Source: Macrostomum lignano (taxonomy: Eukaryota). Taken from it: a DNA stretch of 64,000 bases. Under the pieces are notes generated by a model. It searched no databases and was not told where the DNA came from. It worked only from the letters and a program-made list of their open reading frames with translations. Position 1 is the first letter of the stretch; every line of letters starts with the position of its first letter. Below, piece after piece: positions 1 through 13,485 of the stretch. A program made the translations under genes and the position numbers. The stretch covers positions 1 to 64,000 of the forward strand of contig NIVC01000941.1 of NCBI GenBank assembly GCA_002269645.1, written 5' to 3'.

Positions 1-3000
1 TGGCTACCAGTGCTGGTGCGGCAACCACTATGGCAGGTACAGAATCCGATCAAACTTGGAGTGCAGAGTACAGTGCAGAGGAGACAAGTCGACCTACTGC
101 GGAGGCGCGTGGAGAAACAATGTCTACGCGACGGGTGTTGTCGTCGCCAGCAAAGGTAACCGAGTCTGTCAACAGGTTTACGCTTGTAGCTTTCTGGAGA
201 TCCAAGCAATCCTAGTGTACTGCTGTTTTTCGTTGCGCCATCTAGCCATTTAGCCAGCAGCACTACTAATAGATGTCTCAATGAACAATGGTTTATAGAC
301 TAGACTAATCCAAGAGAGGTGGGCGATGCCAGCCGATTGAATCTAGTTGGAGCCTTTAATATCGTAGTCGTAACTAAAATGACGCCCTTCTGACCTTCCA
401 GCGGCCGGAGTGAAGTACGTCGGCTGCTTCAAGGACAATCGCTACAGGGATTTGCCGGTAGTTTACACTGCCAACTACAAGACGACAAAGGCTTACTGCT
501 TCCGCTATTGTCGAGCAAGGGCTACAGGTACTTTGGTCTGCAAAACGGCAATGCGTGCACCTGCGGAAACACCGTCGGTCGGTATGGAAAAGCGAAGAGC
601 AAGGATTGCGCCAGGTCCACCTGTAAGGGCGACAAGAGGTCCAAATGTGGTGGACCATGGAGGAACAGCGTCTTCACAACCGGACTGAAGCCCAAGAGCT
701 TCAAGAGTAAGTGTGCAGTCAAGCAGAAAATTCGCTTTCCACGCTCGCTCGTAGGCTCGTACGGTACATTAGATATTTTTGAATGTATAAAACGAGATTG
801 CTCTGTACGGTTTGGATGGGGTTTTGCTGACCTGCATGTGCCCACTATTTTCTTTTAAGCACCTGGAATGTCTCACATTGGCTGCTTTGTTGACGGCCGG
901 AGACGCGATCTTCCAACTCTGGGAGGAAAAGGCAGCATGACTGTTGGAAGGTGCTACGGACTATGCAAGAAAAAGGGATTCCGATTCTTTGGCGTTCAGA
1001 TAGGAAAACAGTGCTGGTGCGGCAACCACTACGGTCGCTACGGCCGACGCGACAAACGCGAGTGCCGCTACCAGTGCAGAGGAGACAAGACGACCTACTG
1101 TGGCGGCTCCTGGAGAAACGACGTGTACGCAACGGGTGTTGTCGTCGCCAGCAAAGGTAACCGAGTCTGTCAACAGGTTTACGCTTGTAGCTTTCTGGAG
1201 ATCCAAGCAATCCTAGTGTACTGCTGTTTTTCGTTGCGCCATCTAGCCAGTTAGCCAGCAGCACTACTAATAGATGTCTCAATGAACAATGGTTTATAGA
1301 CTAGACTAATCCAAGAGAGGTGGGCGATGCCAGCCGATTGAATCTAGTTGGAGCCTTTAATATTCGTAGTCGTAACTAAAATGACGCCCTTCTGACCTTC
1401 CAGCGGCCGGAGTGAAGTACGTCGGCTGCTTAAGGACAATCGCTACAGGGATTTGCCGGTAGTTTACACTGCCAACTACAAGACGACAAAGGCTTACTGC
1501 TTCCGCTATTGTCGAGCCAAGGGCTACAGGTACTTTGGTCTGCAAAACGGCAATGCGTGCACCTGCGGAAACACCGTCGGTCGGTATGGAAGAGCGTCGA
1601 GCAAGGATTGCGCCAGGTCCACCTGTAAGGGCGACAAGAGGTCCAAATGTGGTGGACCATGGAGGAACAGTGTCTTCACAACCGGACTGAAGCCCAAGAG
1701 CTTCAAGAGTAAGTGTGCAGTCAACGGAAAATTCGCTTTCCACGCTCGCTCGTAGGCTCGTAGGGTACATAAGACATTTTGTAAAGTAAAACGGTGAAGT
1801 GATACATTTTGGCCCTGAAAGTTTCAATCCAGTTTGAATGTATTTCCAACCAATGAACGCGCTCCAGCAAGCAAAAGCTGAGCACACGATCCCAGTCTTA
1901 GCTAATGAAAAGTAGACATCCTTTCCCTACAACAGACTGAACCTTCGGTTCCCCCGAACAATTAGAACCTACCATAGACTTGAGTTAATCTCGAGATTGC
2001 GAACACCAAATACAATACAACGGTCAGTAAGTTAACATCAATTGATTGCATCATCAGGAAAAGTTAGTCGAATCCGCCGCCTTAGTTATTTGGCTCTCAC
2101 ATTGGTAATTGAAGTTATTATTGAGCTTAGTAGTGAGAGATCAGAAGACCAAAGACACCCAAGTTATAGACATATATAAAAAATTTCAACGGGCTGGCTC
2201 TGTCCGTGTCTTGGATTAGGAGCCAACCAGCTGGGGTTTTACTGACCTGCGTGTGCCCACTATTTCTTTTTTAAGCACCTGGAATGTCTCACATTGGCTG
2301 CTTTGTTGACGGCCGGAGGCGCGATCTTCCAACTGTGGGAGGAAAAGGCAGCATAACTGTTGGAAGGTGCTACGGACTGTGCAAGAAAAAGGGATTCCGA
2401 TTCTTTGGCGTTCAGATAGGAAAACAGTGCTGGTGCGGCAACCACTACGGTCGCTACGGCCGACGCGACAAACGCGAGTGCCGCTACCAGTGCAGAGGAG
2501 ACAAGACGACCTACTGTGGCGGCTCCTGGAGAAACGACGTGTACGCTACCGGACTCGAAGAGCACGCCTCCGGAGTTACCCTACTTGGCTGCTTCCGCGA
2601 CAATTCGAAGCGCGACTTGCCCCTTGTACACGGCGCCGGTCACCGGACCACAAAGGCGTACTGTCTGAAGTACTGCAAGTCTCGCGGCTACAGGTACTTT
2701 GGCCTCCAGGCTGGATCTGCGTGCACCTGCGGCAACAAATATGGCAGCTTTGGCCGAGTCAATGCAAAGCAGTGCAGAACGCGCTGTAGAGGCGACAAAA
2801 GACGAACCTGCGGCGGCTCTTGGAGAAACTCTGTCTACTCGACTGGAATCGGCAGCAAGCCTGTTCGTCGTGAGTACAACAGTACAGATTCGCAATTGAT
2901 TGCTTTTTTGTCCACCTAGCTCGTGTTTATATTAGTTTGCAGCTCTCAGTTGAGAACTATGCGATGCCTCACTAATTGCGCGCGCCGTTTCTCTTCCTTC

Positions 3001-6000
3001 CATAAATACGAGTAGTTTCAAGCAATATAAGGTGGCTATTTGAAATTGTGCGCAAATTAGTCTGACATCTTGAAACTTTAAATGCATTAAATATCATCAG
3101 CGAAGCGTGGGCGTCCAAGAGTTGAGCCTTTCTCATAAGTTGTTTACATAAACGACAGCAAATAATGTGTACAGTAGTAGTCTGTCGCTACCGCTTTCAG
3201 TGCCCGGATTGAAGCATCTCGGCTGCTATCTGGACAAGAGCTCCAGAGATCTTAGAAAGCTGGTTCTCTCCGGATCAGTTACTGTGCCAAAGTGCTACAA
3301 GGCGTGCAAAGCCAGGAAATATCGCTTCTTCGGTGTGCAAAATGGCTACCAGTGCTGGTGCGGCAACCACTATGGCAGGTACAGAATCCGATCAAACTTG
3401 GAGTGCAGAGTACAGTGCAGAGGAGACAAGTCGACCTACTGCGGAGGCGCGTGGAGAAACAATGTCTACGCGACGGGTGTTGTCGTCGCCAGCAAAGGTA
3501 ACCGAGTCTGTCAACAGGTTTACGCTTGTAGCTTTCTGGAGATCCAAGCAATCCTAGTGTACTGCTGTTTTTCGTTGCGCCATCTAGCCATTTAGCCAGC
3601 AGCACTACTAATAGATGTCTCAATGAACAATGGTTTATAGACTAGACTAATCCAAGAGAGGTGGGCGATGCCAGCCGATTGAATCTAGTTGGAGCCTTTA
3701 ATATCGTAGTCGTAACTAAAATGACGCCCTTCTGACTTCCAGCGGCCGGAGTGAAGTACGTCGGCTGCTTCAAGGACAATCGCTACAGGGATTTGCCGGT
3801 AGTTTACACTGCCAACTACAAGACGACAAAGGCTTACTGCTTCCGCTATTGTCGAGCCAAGGGCTACAGGTACTTTGGTCTGCAAAACGGCAATGCGTGC
3901 ACCTGCGGAAACACCGTCGGTCGGTATGGAAAAGCGAAGAGCAAGGATTGCGCCAGGTCCACCTGTAAGGGCGACAAGAGGTCCAAATGTGGTGGACCAT
4001 GGAGGAACAGCGTCTTCACAACCGGACTGAAGCCCAAGAGCTTCAAGAGTAAGTGTGCAGTCAAGCAGAAAATTCGCTTTCCACGCTCGCTCGTAGGCTC
4101 GTACGGTATATTAGATATTTTTGAATGTAAAACGAGATTGCTCTGTACGGTTTGGATGGGGTTTTGCTGACCTGCATGTGCCCACTATTTCTCTTTTAAG
4201 CACCTGGAATGTCTCACATTGGCTGCTTTGTTGACGGCCGGAGACGCGATCTTCCAACTCTGGGAGGAAAAGGCAGCATGACTGTTGGAAGGTGCTACGG
4301 ACTATGCAAGAAAAAGGGATTCCGATTCTTTGGCGTTCAGATAGGAAAACAGTGCTGGTGCGGCAACCACTACGGTCGCTACGGCCGACGCGACAAACGC
4401 GAGTGCCGCTACCAGTGCAGAGGAGACAAGACGACCTACTGTGGCGGCTCCTGGAGAAACGACGTGTACGCAACGGGTGTTGTCGTCGCCAGCAAAGGTA
4501 ACCGAGTCTGTCAACAGGTTTACGCTTGTAGCTTTCTGGAGATCCAAGCAATCCTAGTGTACTGCTGTTTTTCGTTGCGCCATCTAGCCATTAGCCAGCA
4601 GCACTACTAATAGATGTCTCAATGAACAATGGTTTATAGACTAGACTAATCCAAGAGAGGTGGGCGATGCCAGCCGATTGAATCTAGTTGGAGCCTTTAA
4701 TATTCGTAGTCGTAACTAAAATGACGCCCTTCTGACTTCCAGCGGCCGGAGTGAAGTACGTCGGCTGCTTAAGGACAATCGCTACAGGGATTTGCCGGTA
4801 GTTTACACTGCCAACTACAAGACGACAAAGGCTTACTGCTTCCGCTATTGTCGAGCCAAGGGCTACAGGTACTTTGGTCTGCAAAACGGCAATGCGTGCA
4901 CCTGCGGAAACACCGTCGGTCGGTATGGAAGAGCGTCGAGCAAGGATTGCGCCAGGTCCACCTGTAAGGGCGACAAGAGGTCCAAATGTGGTGGACCATG
5001 GAGGAACAGTGTCTTCACAACCGGACTGAAGCCCAAGAGCTTCAAGAGTAAGTGTGCAGTCAAACGGAAAATTCGCTTTCCACGCTCGCTCGTAGGCTCG
5101 TAGGGTACATAAGACATTTTGTAAAGTAAAACGGTGAAGTGATACATTTTGGCCCTGAAAGTTTCAATCCAGTTTGAATGTATTTCCAACCAATGAACGC
5201 GCTCCAGCAAGCAAAAGCTGAGCACACGATCCCAGTCTTAGCTAATGAAAAGTAGACATCCTTTCCCTACAACAGACTGAACCTTCGGTTCCCCGAACAA
5301 TTAGAACCTACCATAGACTTGAGTTAATCTCGAGATTGCGAACACCAAATACAATACAACGGTCAGTAAGTTAACATCAATTGATTGCATCATCAGGAAA
5401 AGTTAGTCGAATCCGCCGCCTTAGTTATTTGGCTCTCACATTGGTAATTGAAGTTATTATTGAGCTTAGTAGTGAGAGATCAGAAGACCAAAGACACCCA
5501 AGTTATAGACATATATAAAAAATTTCAACGGGCTGGCTCTGTCCGTGTCTTGGATTAGGAGCCAACCAGCTGGGGTTTTACTGACCTGCGTGTGCCCACT
5601 ATTTCTTTTTTAAGCACCTGGAATGTCTCACATTGGCTGCTTTGTTGACGGCCGGAGGCGCGATCTTCCAACTGTGGGAGGAAAAGGCAGCATAACTGTT
5701 GGAAGGTGCTACGGACTGTGCAAGAAAAAGGGATTCCGATTCTTTGGCGTTCAGATAGGAAAACAGTGCTGGTGCGGCAACCACTACGGTCGCTACGGCC
5801 GACGCGACAAACGCGAGTGCCGCTACCAGTGCAGAGGAGACAAGACGACCTACTGTGGCGGCTCCTGGAGAAACGACGTGTACGCTACCGGACTCGAAGA
5901 GCACGCCTCCGGAGTTACCCTACTTGGCTGCTTCCGCGACAATTCGAAGCGCGACTTGCCCCTTGTACACGGCGCCGGTCACCGGACCACAAAGGCGTAC

Positions 6001-9000
6001 TGTCTGAAGTACTGCAAGTCTCGCGGCTACAGGTACTTTGGCCTCCAGGCTGGATCTGCGTGCACCTGCGGCAACAAATATGGCAGCTTTGGCCGAGTCA
6101 ATGCAAAGCAGTGCAGAACGCGCTGTAGAGGCGACAAAAGACGAACCTGCGGCGGCTCTTGGAGAAACTCTGTCTACTCGACTGGAATCGGCAGCAAGCC
6201 TGTTCGTCGTGAGTACAACAGTACAGATTCGCAATTGATTGCTTTTTTGTCCACCTAGCTCGTGTTTATATTAGTTTGCAGCTCTCAGTTGAGAACTATG
6301 CGATGCCTCACTAATTGCGCGCGCCGTTTCTCTTCCTTCCATAAATACGAGTAGTTTCAAGCAATATAAGGTGGCTAATTTGAAATTGTGCGCAAATTAG
6401 TCTGACATCTTGAAACTTTAAATGCATTAAATATCATCAGCGAGAGCGTGGGCGTCCAAGAGTTGAGCCTTTCTCATAAGTTGTTTACATAAACGACAGC
6501 AAATAATGTGTACAGTAGTAGTCTGTCGCTACCGCTTTCAGTGCCCGGATTGAAGCATCTCGGCTGCTATCTGGACAAGAGCTCCAGAGATCTTAGAAAG
6601 CTGGTTCTCTCCGGATCAGTTACTGTGCCAAAGTGCTACAAGGCGTGCAAAGCCAGGAAATATCGCTTCTTCGGTGTGCAAAATGGCTACCAGTGCTGGT
6701 GCGGCAACCACTATGGCAGGTACAGAATCCGATCAAACTTGGAGTGCAGAGTACAGTGCAGAGGAGACAAGTCGACCTACTGCGGAGGCGCGTGGAGAAA
6801 CAATGTCTACGCGACGGGTGTTGTCGTCGCCAGCAAAGGTAACCGAGTCTGTCAACAGGTTTACGCTTGTAGCTTTCTGGAGATCCAAGCAATCCTAGTG
6901 TACTGCTGTTTTTCGTTGCGCCATCTAGCCATTTAGCCAGCAGCACTACTAATAGATGTCTCAATGAACAATGGTTTATAGACTAGACTAATCCAAGAGA
7001 GGTGGGCGATGCCAGCCGATTGAATCTAGTTGGAGCCTTTAATATCGTAGTCGTAACTAAAATGACGCCCTTCTGACCTTCCAGCGGCCGGAGTGAAGTA
7101 CGTCGGCTGCTTCAAGGACAATCGCTACAGGGATTTGCCGGTAGTTTACACTGCCAACTACAAGACGACAAAGGCTTACTGCTTCCGCTATTGTCGAGCC
7201 AAGGGCTACAGGTACTTTGGTCTGCAAAACGGCAATGCGTGCACCTGCGGAAACACCGTCGGTCGGTATGGAAAAGCGAAGAGCAAGGATTGCGCCAGGT
7301 CCACCTGTAAGGGCGACAAGAGGTCCAAATGTGGTGGACCATGGAGGAACAGCGTCTTCACAACCGGACTGAAGCCCAAGAGCTTCAAGAGTAAGTGTGC
7401 AGTCAAGCAGAAAATTCGCTTTCCACGCTCGCTCGTAGGCTCGTACGGTATATTAGATATTTTTGAATGTAAAACGAGATTGCTCTGTACGGTTTGGATG
7501 GGGTTTTGCTGACCTGCATGTGCCCACTATTTCTCTTTTAAGCACCTGGAATGTCTCACATTGGCTGCTTTGTTGACGGCCGGAGACGCGATCTTCCAAC
7601 TCTGGAGGAAAAGGCAGCATGACTGTTGGAAGGTGCTACGGACTATGCAAGAAAAAGGGATTCCGATTCTTTGGCGTTCAGATAGGAAAACAGTGCTGGT
7701 GCGGCAACCACTACGGTCGCTACGGCCGACGCGACAAACGCGAGTGCCGCTACCAGTGCAGAGGAGACAAGACGACCTACTGTGGCGGCTCCTGGAGAAA
7801 CGACGTGTACGCAACGGGTGTTGTCGTCGCCAGCAAAGGTAACCGAGTCTGTCAACAGGTTTACGCTTGTAGCTTTCTGGAGATCCAAGCAATCCTAGTG
7901 TACTGCTGTTTTTCGTTGCGCCATCTAGCCAGTTAGCCAGCAGCACTACTAATAGATGTCTCAATGAACAATGGTTTATAGACTAGACTAATCCAAGAGA
8001 GGTGGGCGATGCCAGCCGATTGAATCTAGTTGGAGCCTTTAATATTCGTAGTCGTAACTAAAATGACGCCCTTCTGACCTTCCAGCGGCCGGAGTGAAGT
8101 ACGTCGGCTGCTTTAAGGACAATCGCTACAGGGATTTGCCGGTAGTTTACACTGCCAACTACAAGACGACAAAGGCTTACTGCTTCCGCTATTGTCGAGC
8201 CAAGGGCTACAGGTACTTTGGTCTGCAAAACGGCAATGCGTGCACCTGCGGAAACACCGTCGGTCGGTATGGAAGAGCGTCGAGCAAGGATTGCGCCAGG
8301 TCCACCTGTAAGGGCGACAAGAGGTCCAAATGTGGTGGACCATGGAGGAACAGTGTCTTCACAACCGGACTGAAGCCCAAGAGCTTCAAGAGTAAGTGTG
8401 CAGTCAAACGGAAAATTCGCTTTCCACGCTCGCTCGTAGGCTCGTAGGGTACATAAGACATTTTGTAAAGTAAAACGGTGAAGTGATACATTTTGGCCCT
8501 GAAAGTTTCAATCCAGTTTGAATGTATTTCCAACCAATGAACGCGCTCCAGCAAGCAAAAGCTGAGCACACGATCCCAGTCTTAGCTAATGAAAAGTAGA
8601 CATCCTTTCCCTACAACAGACTGAACCTTCGGTTCCCCCGAACAATTAGAACCTACCATAGACTTGAGTTAATCTCGAGATTGCGAACACCAAATACAAT
8701 ACAACGGTCAGTAAGTTAACATCAATTGATTGCATCATCAGGAAAAGTTAGTCGAATCCGCCGCCTTAGTTATTTGGCTCTCACATTGGTAATTGAAGTT
8801 ATTATTGAGCTTAGTAGTGAGAGATCAGAAGACCAAAGACACCCAAGTTATAGACATATATAAAAAATTTCAACGGGCTGGCTCTGTCCGTGTCTTGGAT
8901 TAGGAGCCAACCAGCTGGGGTTTTACTGACCTGCGTGTGCCCACTATTTCTTTTTTAAGCACCTGGAATGTCTCACATTGGCTGCTTTGTTGACGGCCGG

Positions 9001-12000
9001 AGGCGCGATCTTCCAACTGTGGGAGGAAAAGGCAGCATAACTGTTGGAAGGTGCTACGGACTGTGCAAGAAAAAGGGATTCCGATTCTTTGGCGTTCAGA
9101 TAGGAAAACAGTGCTGGTGCGGCAACCACTACGGTCGCTACGGCCGACGCGACAAACGCGAGTGCCGCTACCAGTGCAGAGGAGACAAGACGACCTACTG
9201 TGGCGGCTCCTGGAGAAACGACGTGTACGCTACCGGACTCGAAGAGCACGCCTCCGGAGTTACCCTACTTGGCTGCTTCCGCGACAATTCGAAGCGCGAC
9301 TTGCCCCTTGTACACGGCGCCGGTCACCGGACCACAAAGGCGTACTGTCTGAAGTACTGCAAGTCTCGCGGCTACAGGTACTTTGGCCTCCAGGCTGGAT
9401 CTGCGTGCACCTGCGGCAACAAATATGGCAGCTTTGGCCGAGTCAATGCAAAGCAGTGCAGAACGCGCTGTAGAGGCGACAAAAGACGAACCTGCGGCGG
9501 CTCTTGGAGAAACTCTGTCTACTCGACTGGAATCGGCAGCAAGCCTGTTCGTCGTGAGTACAACAGTACAGATTCGCAATTGATTGCTTTTTTGTCCACC
9601 TAGCTCGTGTTTATATTAGTTTGCAGCTCTCAGTTGAGAACTATGCGATGCCTCACTAATTGCGCGCGCCGTTTCTCTTCCTTCCATAAATACGAGTAGT
9701 TTCAAGCAATATAAGGTGGCTATTTTGAAATTGTGCGCAAATTAGTCTGACATCTTGAAACTTTAAATGCATTAAATATCATCAGCGAGAGCGTGGGCGT
9801 CCAAGAGTTGAGCCTTTCTCATAAGTTGTTTACATAAACGACAGCAAATAATGTGTACAGTAGTAGTCTGTCGCTACCGCTTTCAGTGCCCGGATTGAAG
9901 CATCTCGGCTGCTATCTGGACAAGAGCTCCAGAGATCTTAGAAAGCTGGTTCTCTCCGGATCAGTTACTGTGCCAAAGTGCTACAAGGCGTGCAAAGCCA
10001 GGAAATATCGCTTCTTCGGTGTGCAAAATGGCTACCAGTGCTGGTGCGGCAACCACTATGGCAGGTACAGAATCCGATCAAACTTGGAGTGCAGAGTACA
10101 GTGCAGAGGAGACAAGTCGACCTACTGCGGAGGCGCGTGGAGAAACAATGTCTACGCGACGGGTGTTGTCGTCGCCAGCAAAGGTAACCGAGTCTGTCAA
10201 CAGGTTTACGCTTGTAGCTTTCTGGAGATCCAAGCAATCCTAGTGTACTGCTGTTTTTCGTTGCGCCATCTAGCCATTTAGCCAGCAGCACTACTAATAG
10301 ATGTCTCAATGAACAATGGTTTATAGACTAGACTAATCCAAGAGAGGTGGGCGATGCCAGCCGATTGAATCTAGTTGGAGCCTTTAATATCGTAGTCGTA
10401 ACTAAAATGACGCCCTTCTGACCTTCCAGCGGCCGGAGTGAAGTACGTCGGCTGCTTCAAGGACAATCGCTACAGGGATTTGCCGGTAGTTTACACTGCC
10501 AACTACAAGACGACAAAGGCTTACTGCTTCCGCTATTGTCGAGCTAAGGGCTACAGGTACTTTGGTCTGCAAAACGGCAATGCGTGCACCTGCGGAAACA
10601 CCGTCGGTCGGTATGGAAAAGCGAAGAGCAAGGATTGCGCCAGGTCCACCTGTAAGGGCGACAAGAGGTCCAAATGTGGTGGACCATGGAGGAACAGCGT
10701 CTTCACAACCGGACTGAAGCCCAAGAGCTTCAAGAGTAAGTGTGCAGTCAAGCAGAAAATTCGCTTTCCACGCTCGCTCGTAGGCTCGTACGGTACATTA
10801 GATATTTTTGAATGTATAAAAACGAGATTGCTCTGTACGGTTTGGATGGGGTTTTGCTGACCTGCATGTGCCCACTATTTCTTTTTTAAGCACCTGGAAT
10901 GTCTCACATTGGCTGCTTTGTTGACGGCCGGAGACGCGATCTTCCAACTCTGGCAGGAAAAGGCAGCATGACTGTTGGAAGGTGCTACGGACTATGCAAG
11001 AAAAAGGGATTCCGATTCTTTGGCGTTCAGATAGGAAAACAGTGCTGGTGCGGCAACCACTACGGTCGCTACGGCCGACGCGACAAACGCGAGTGCCGCT
11101 ACCAGTGCAGAGGAGACAAGACGACCTACTGTGGCGGCTCCTGGAGAAACGACGTGTACGCAACGGGTGTTGTCGTCGCCAGCAAAGGTAACCGAGTCTG
11201 TCAACAGGTTTACGCTTGTAGCTTTCTGGAGATCCAAGCAATCCTAGTGTACTGCTGTTTTTCGTTGCGCCATCTAGCCAGTTAGCCAGCAGCACTACTA
11301 ATAGATGTCTCAATGAACAATGGTTTATAGACTAGACTAATCCAAGAGAGGTGGGCGATGCCAGCCGATTGAATCTAGTTGGAGTCTTTAATATTCGTAG
11401 TCGTAACTAAAATGACGCCCTTCTGACCTTCCAGCGGCCGGAGTGAAGTACGTCGGCTGCTTTAAGGACAATCGCTACAGGGATTTGCCGGTAGTTTACA
11501 CTGCCAACTACAAGACGACAAAGGCTTACTGCTTCCGCTATTGTCGAGCCAAGGGCTACAGGTACTTTGGTCTGCAAAACGGCAATGCGTGCACCTGCGG
11601 AAACACCGTCGGTCGGTATGGAAGAGCGTCGAGCAAGGATTGCGCCAGGTCCACCTGTAAGGGCGACAAGAGGTCCAAATGTGGTGGACCATGGAGGAAC
11701 AGTGTCTTCACAACCGGACTGAAGCCCAAGAGCTTCAAGAGTAAGTGTGCAGTCAAACGGAAAATTCGCTTTCCACGCTCGCTCGTAGGCTCGTAGGGTA
11801 CATAAGACATTTTGTAAAGTAAAACGGTGAAGTGATACATTTTGGCCCTGAAAGTTTCAATCCAGTTTGAATGTATTTCCAACCAATGAACGCGCTCCAG
11901 CAAGCAAAAGCTGAGCACACGATCCCAGTCTTAGCTAATGAAAAGTAGACATCCTTTCCCTACAACAGACTGAACCTTCGGTTCCCCCGAACAATTAGAA

Positions 12001-13485
12001 CCTACCATAGACTTGAGTTAATCTCGAGATTGCGAACACCAAATACAATACAACGGTCAGTAAGTTAACATCAATTGATTGCATCATCAGGAAAAGTTAG
12101 TCGAATCCGCCGCCTTAGTTATTTGGCTCTCACATTGGTAATTGAAGTTATTATTGAGCTTAGTAGTGAGAGATCAGAAGACCAAAGACACCCAAGTTAT
12201 AGACATATATAAAAAATTTCAACGGGCTGGCTCTGTCCGTGTCTTGGATTAGGAGCCAACCAGCTGGGGTTTTACTGACCTGCGTGTGCCCACTATTTCT
12301 TTTTTAAGCACCTGGAATGTCTCACATTGGCTGCTTTGTTGACGGCCGGAGGCGCGATCTTCCAACTGTGGGAGGAAAAGGCAGCATAACTGTTGGAAGG
12401 TGCTACGGACTGTGCAAGAAAAAGGGATTCCGATTCTTTGGCGTTCAGATAGGAAAACAGTGCTGGTGCGGCAACCACTACGGTCGCTACGGCCGACGCG
12501 ACAAACGCGAGTGCCGCTACCAGTGCAGAGGAGACAAGACGACCTACTGTGGCGGCTCCTGGAGAAACGACGTGTACGCTACCGGACTCGAAGAGCACGC
12601 CTCCGGAGTTACCCTACTTGGCTGCTTCCGCGACAATTCGAAGCGCGACTTGCCCCTTGTACACGGCGCCGGTCACCGGACCACAAAGGCGTACTGTCTG
12701 AAGTACTGCAAGTCTCGCGGCTACAGGTACTTTGGCCTCCAGGCTGGATCTGCGTGCACCTGCGGCAACAAATATGGCAGCTTTGGCCGAGTCAATGCAA
12801 AGCAGTGCAGAACGCGCTGTAGAGGCGACAAAAGACGAACCTGCGGCGGCTCTTGGAGAAACTCTGTCTACTCGACTGGAATCGGCAGCAAGCCTGTTCG
12901 TCGTGAGTACAACAGTACAGATTCGCAATTGATTGCTTTTTTGTCCACCTAGCTCGTGTTTATATTAGTTTGCAGCTCTCAGTTGAGAACTATGCGATGC
13001 CTCACTAATTGCGCGCGCCGTTTCTCTTCCTTCCATAAATACGAGTAGTTTCAAGCAATATAAGGTGGCTATTTTGAAATTGTGCGCAAATTAGTCTGAC
13101 ATATTGAAACTTTAAATGCATTAAATATCATCAGCGAGAGCGTGGGCGTCCAAGAGTTGAGCCTTTCTCATAAGTTGTTTACATAAACGACAGCAAATAA
13201 TGTGTACAGTAGTAGTCTGTCGCTACCGCTTTCAGTGCCCGGATTGAAGCATCTCGGCTGCTATCTGGACAAGAGCTCCAGAGATCTTAGAAAGCTGGTT
13301 CTCTCCGGATCAGTTACTGTGCCAAAGTGCTACAAGGCGTGCAAAGCCAGGAAATATCGCTTCTTCGGTGTGCAAAATGGCTACCAGTGCTGGTGCGGCA
13401 ACCACTATGGCAGGTACAGAATCCGATCAAACTTGGAGTGCAGAGTACAGTGCAGAGGAGACAAGTCGACCTACTGCGGAGGCGC
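1..13485 (+). repeat. ~3.34-kb higher-order exon+intron tandem repeat (4 full units plus a partial)
   Basis: Equivalent exon-D starts at 2276, 5615, 8960 and 12309 (spacing 3339, 3345, 3349). Exons and introns are near-identical between units. Identity ends inside the last exon A at about 13486. Confidence 0.97.

Noticed and set aside
156-401. Identical introns as introner elements
   Set aside because: Flanking exons are duplicated with them, so tandem duplication explains the identity.
845-12928. Recurrent antisense and alternative-frame ORFs across the WSC array
   Set aside because: Shadows of the WSC exons; they recur only because the DNA is repeated.
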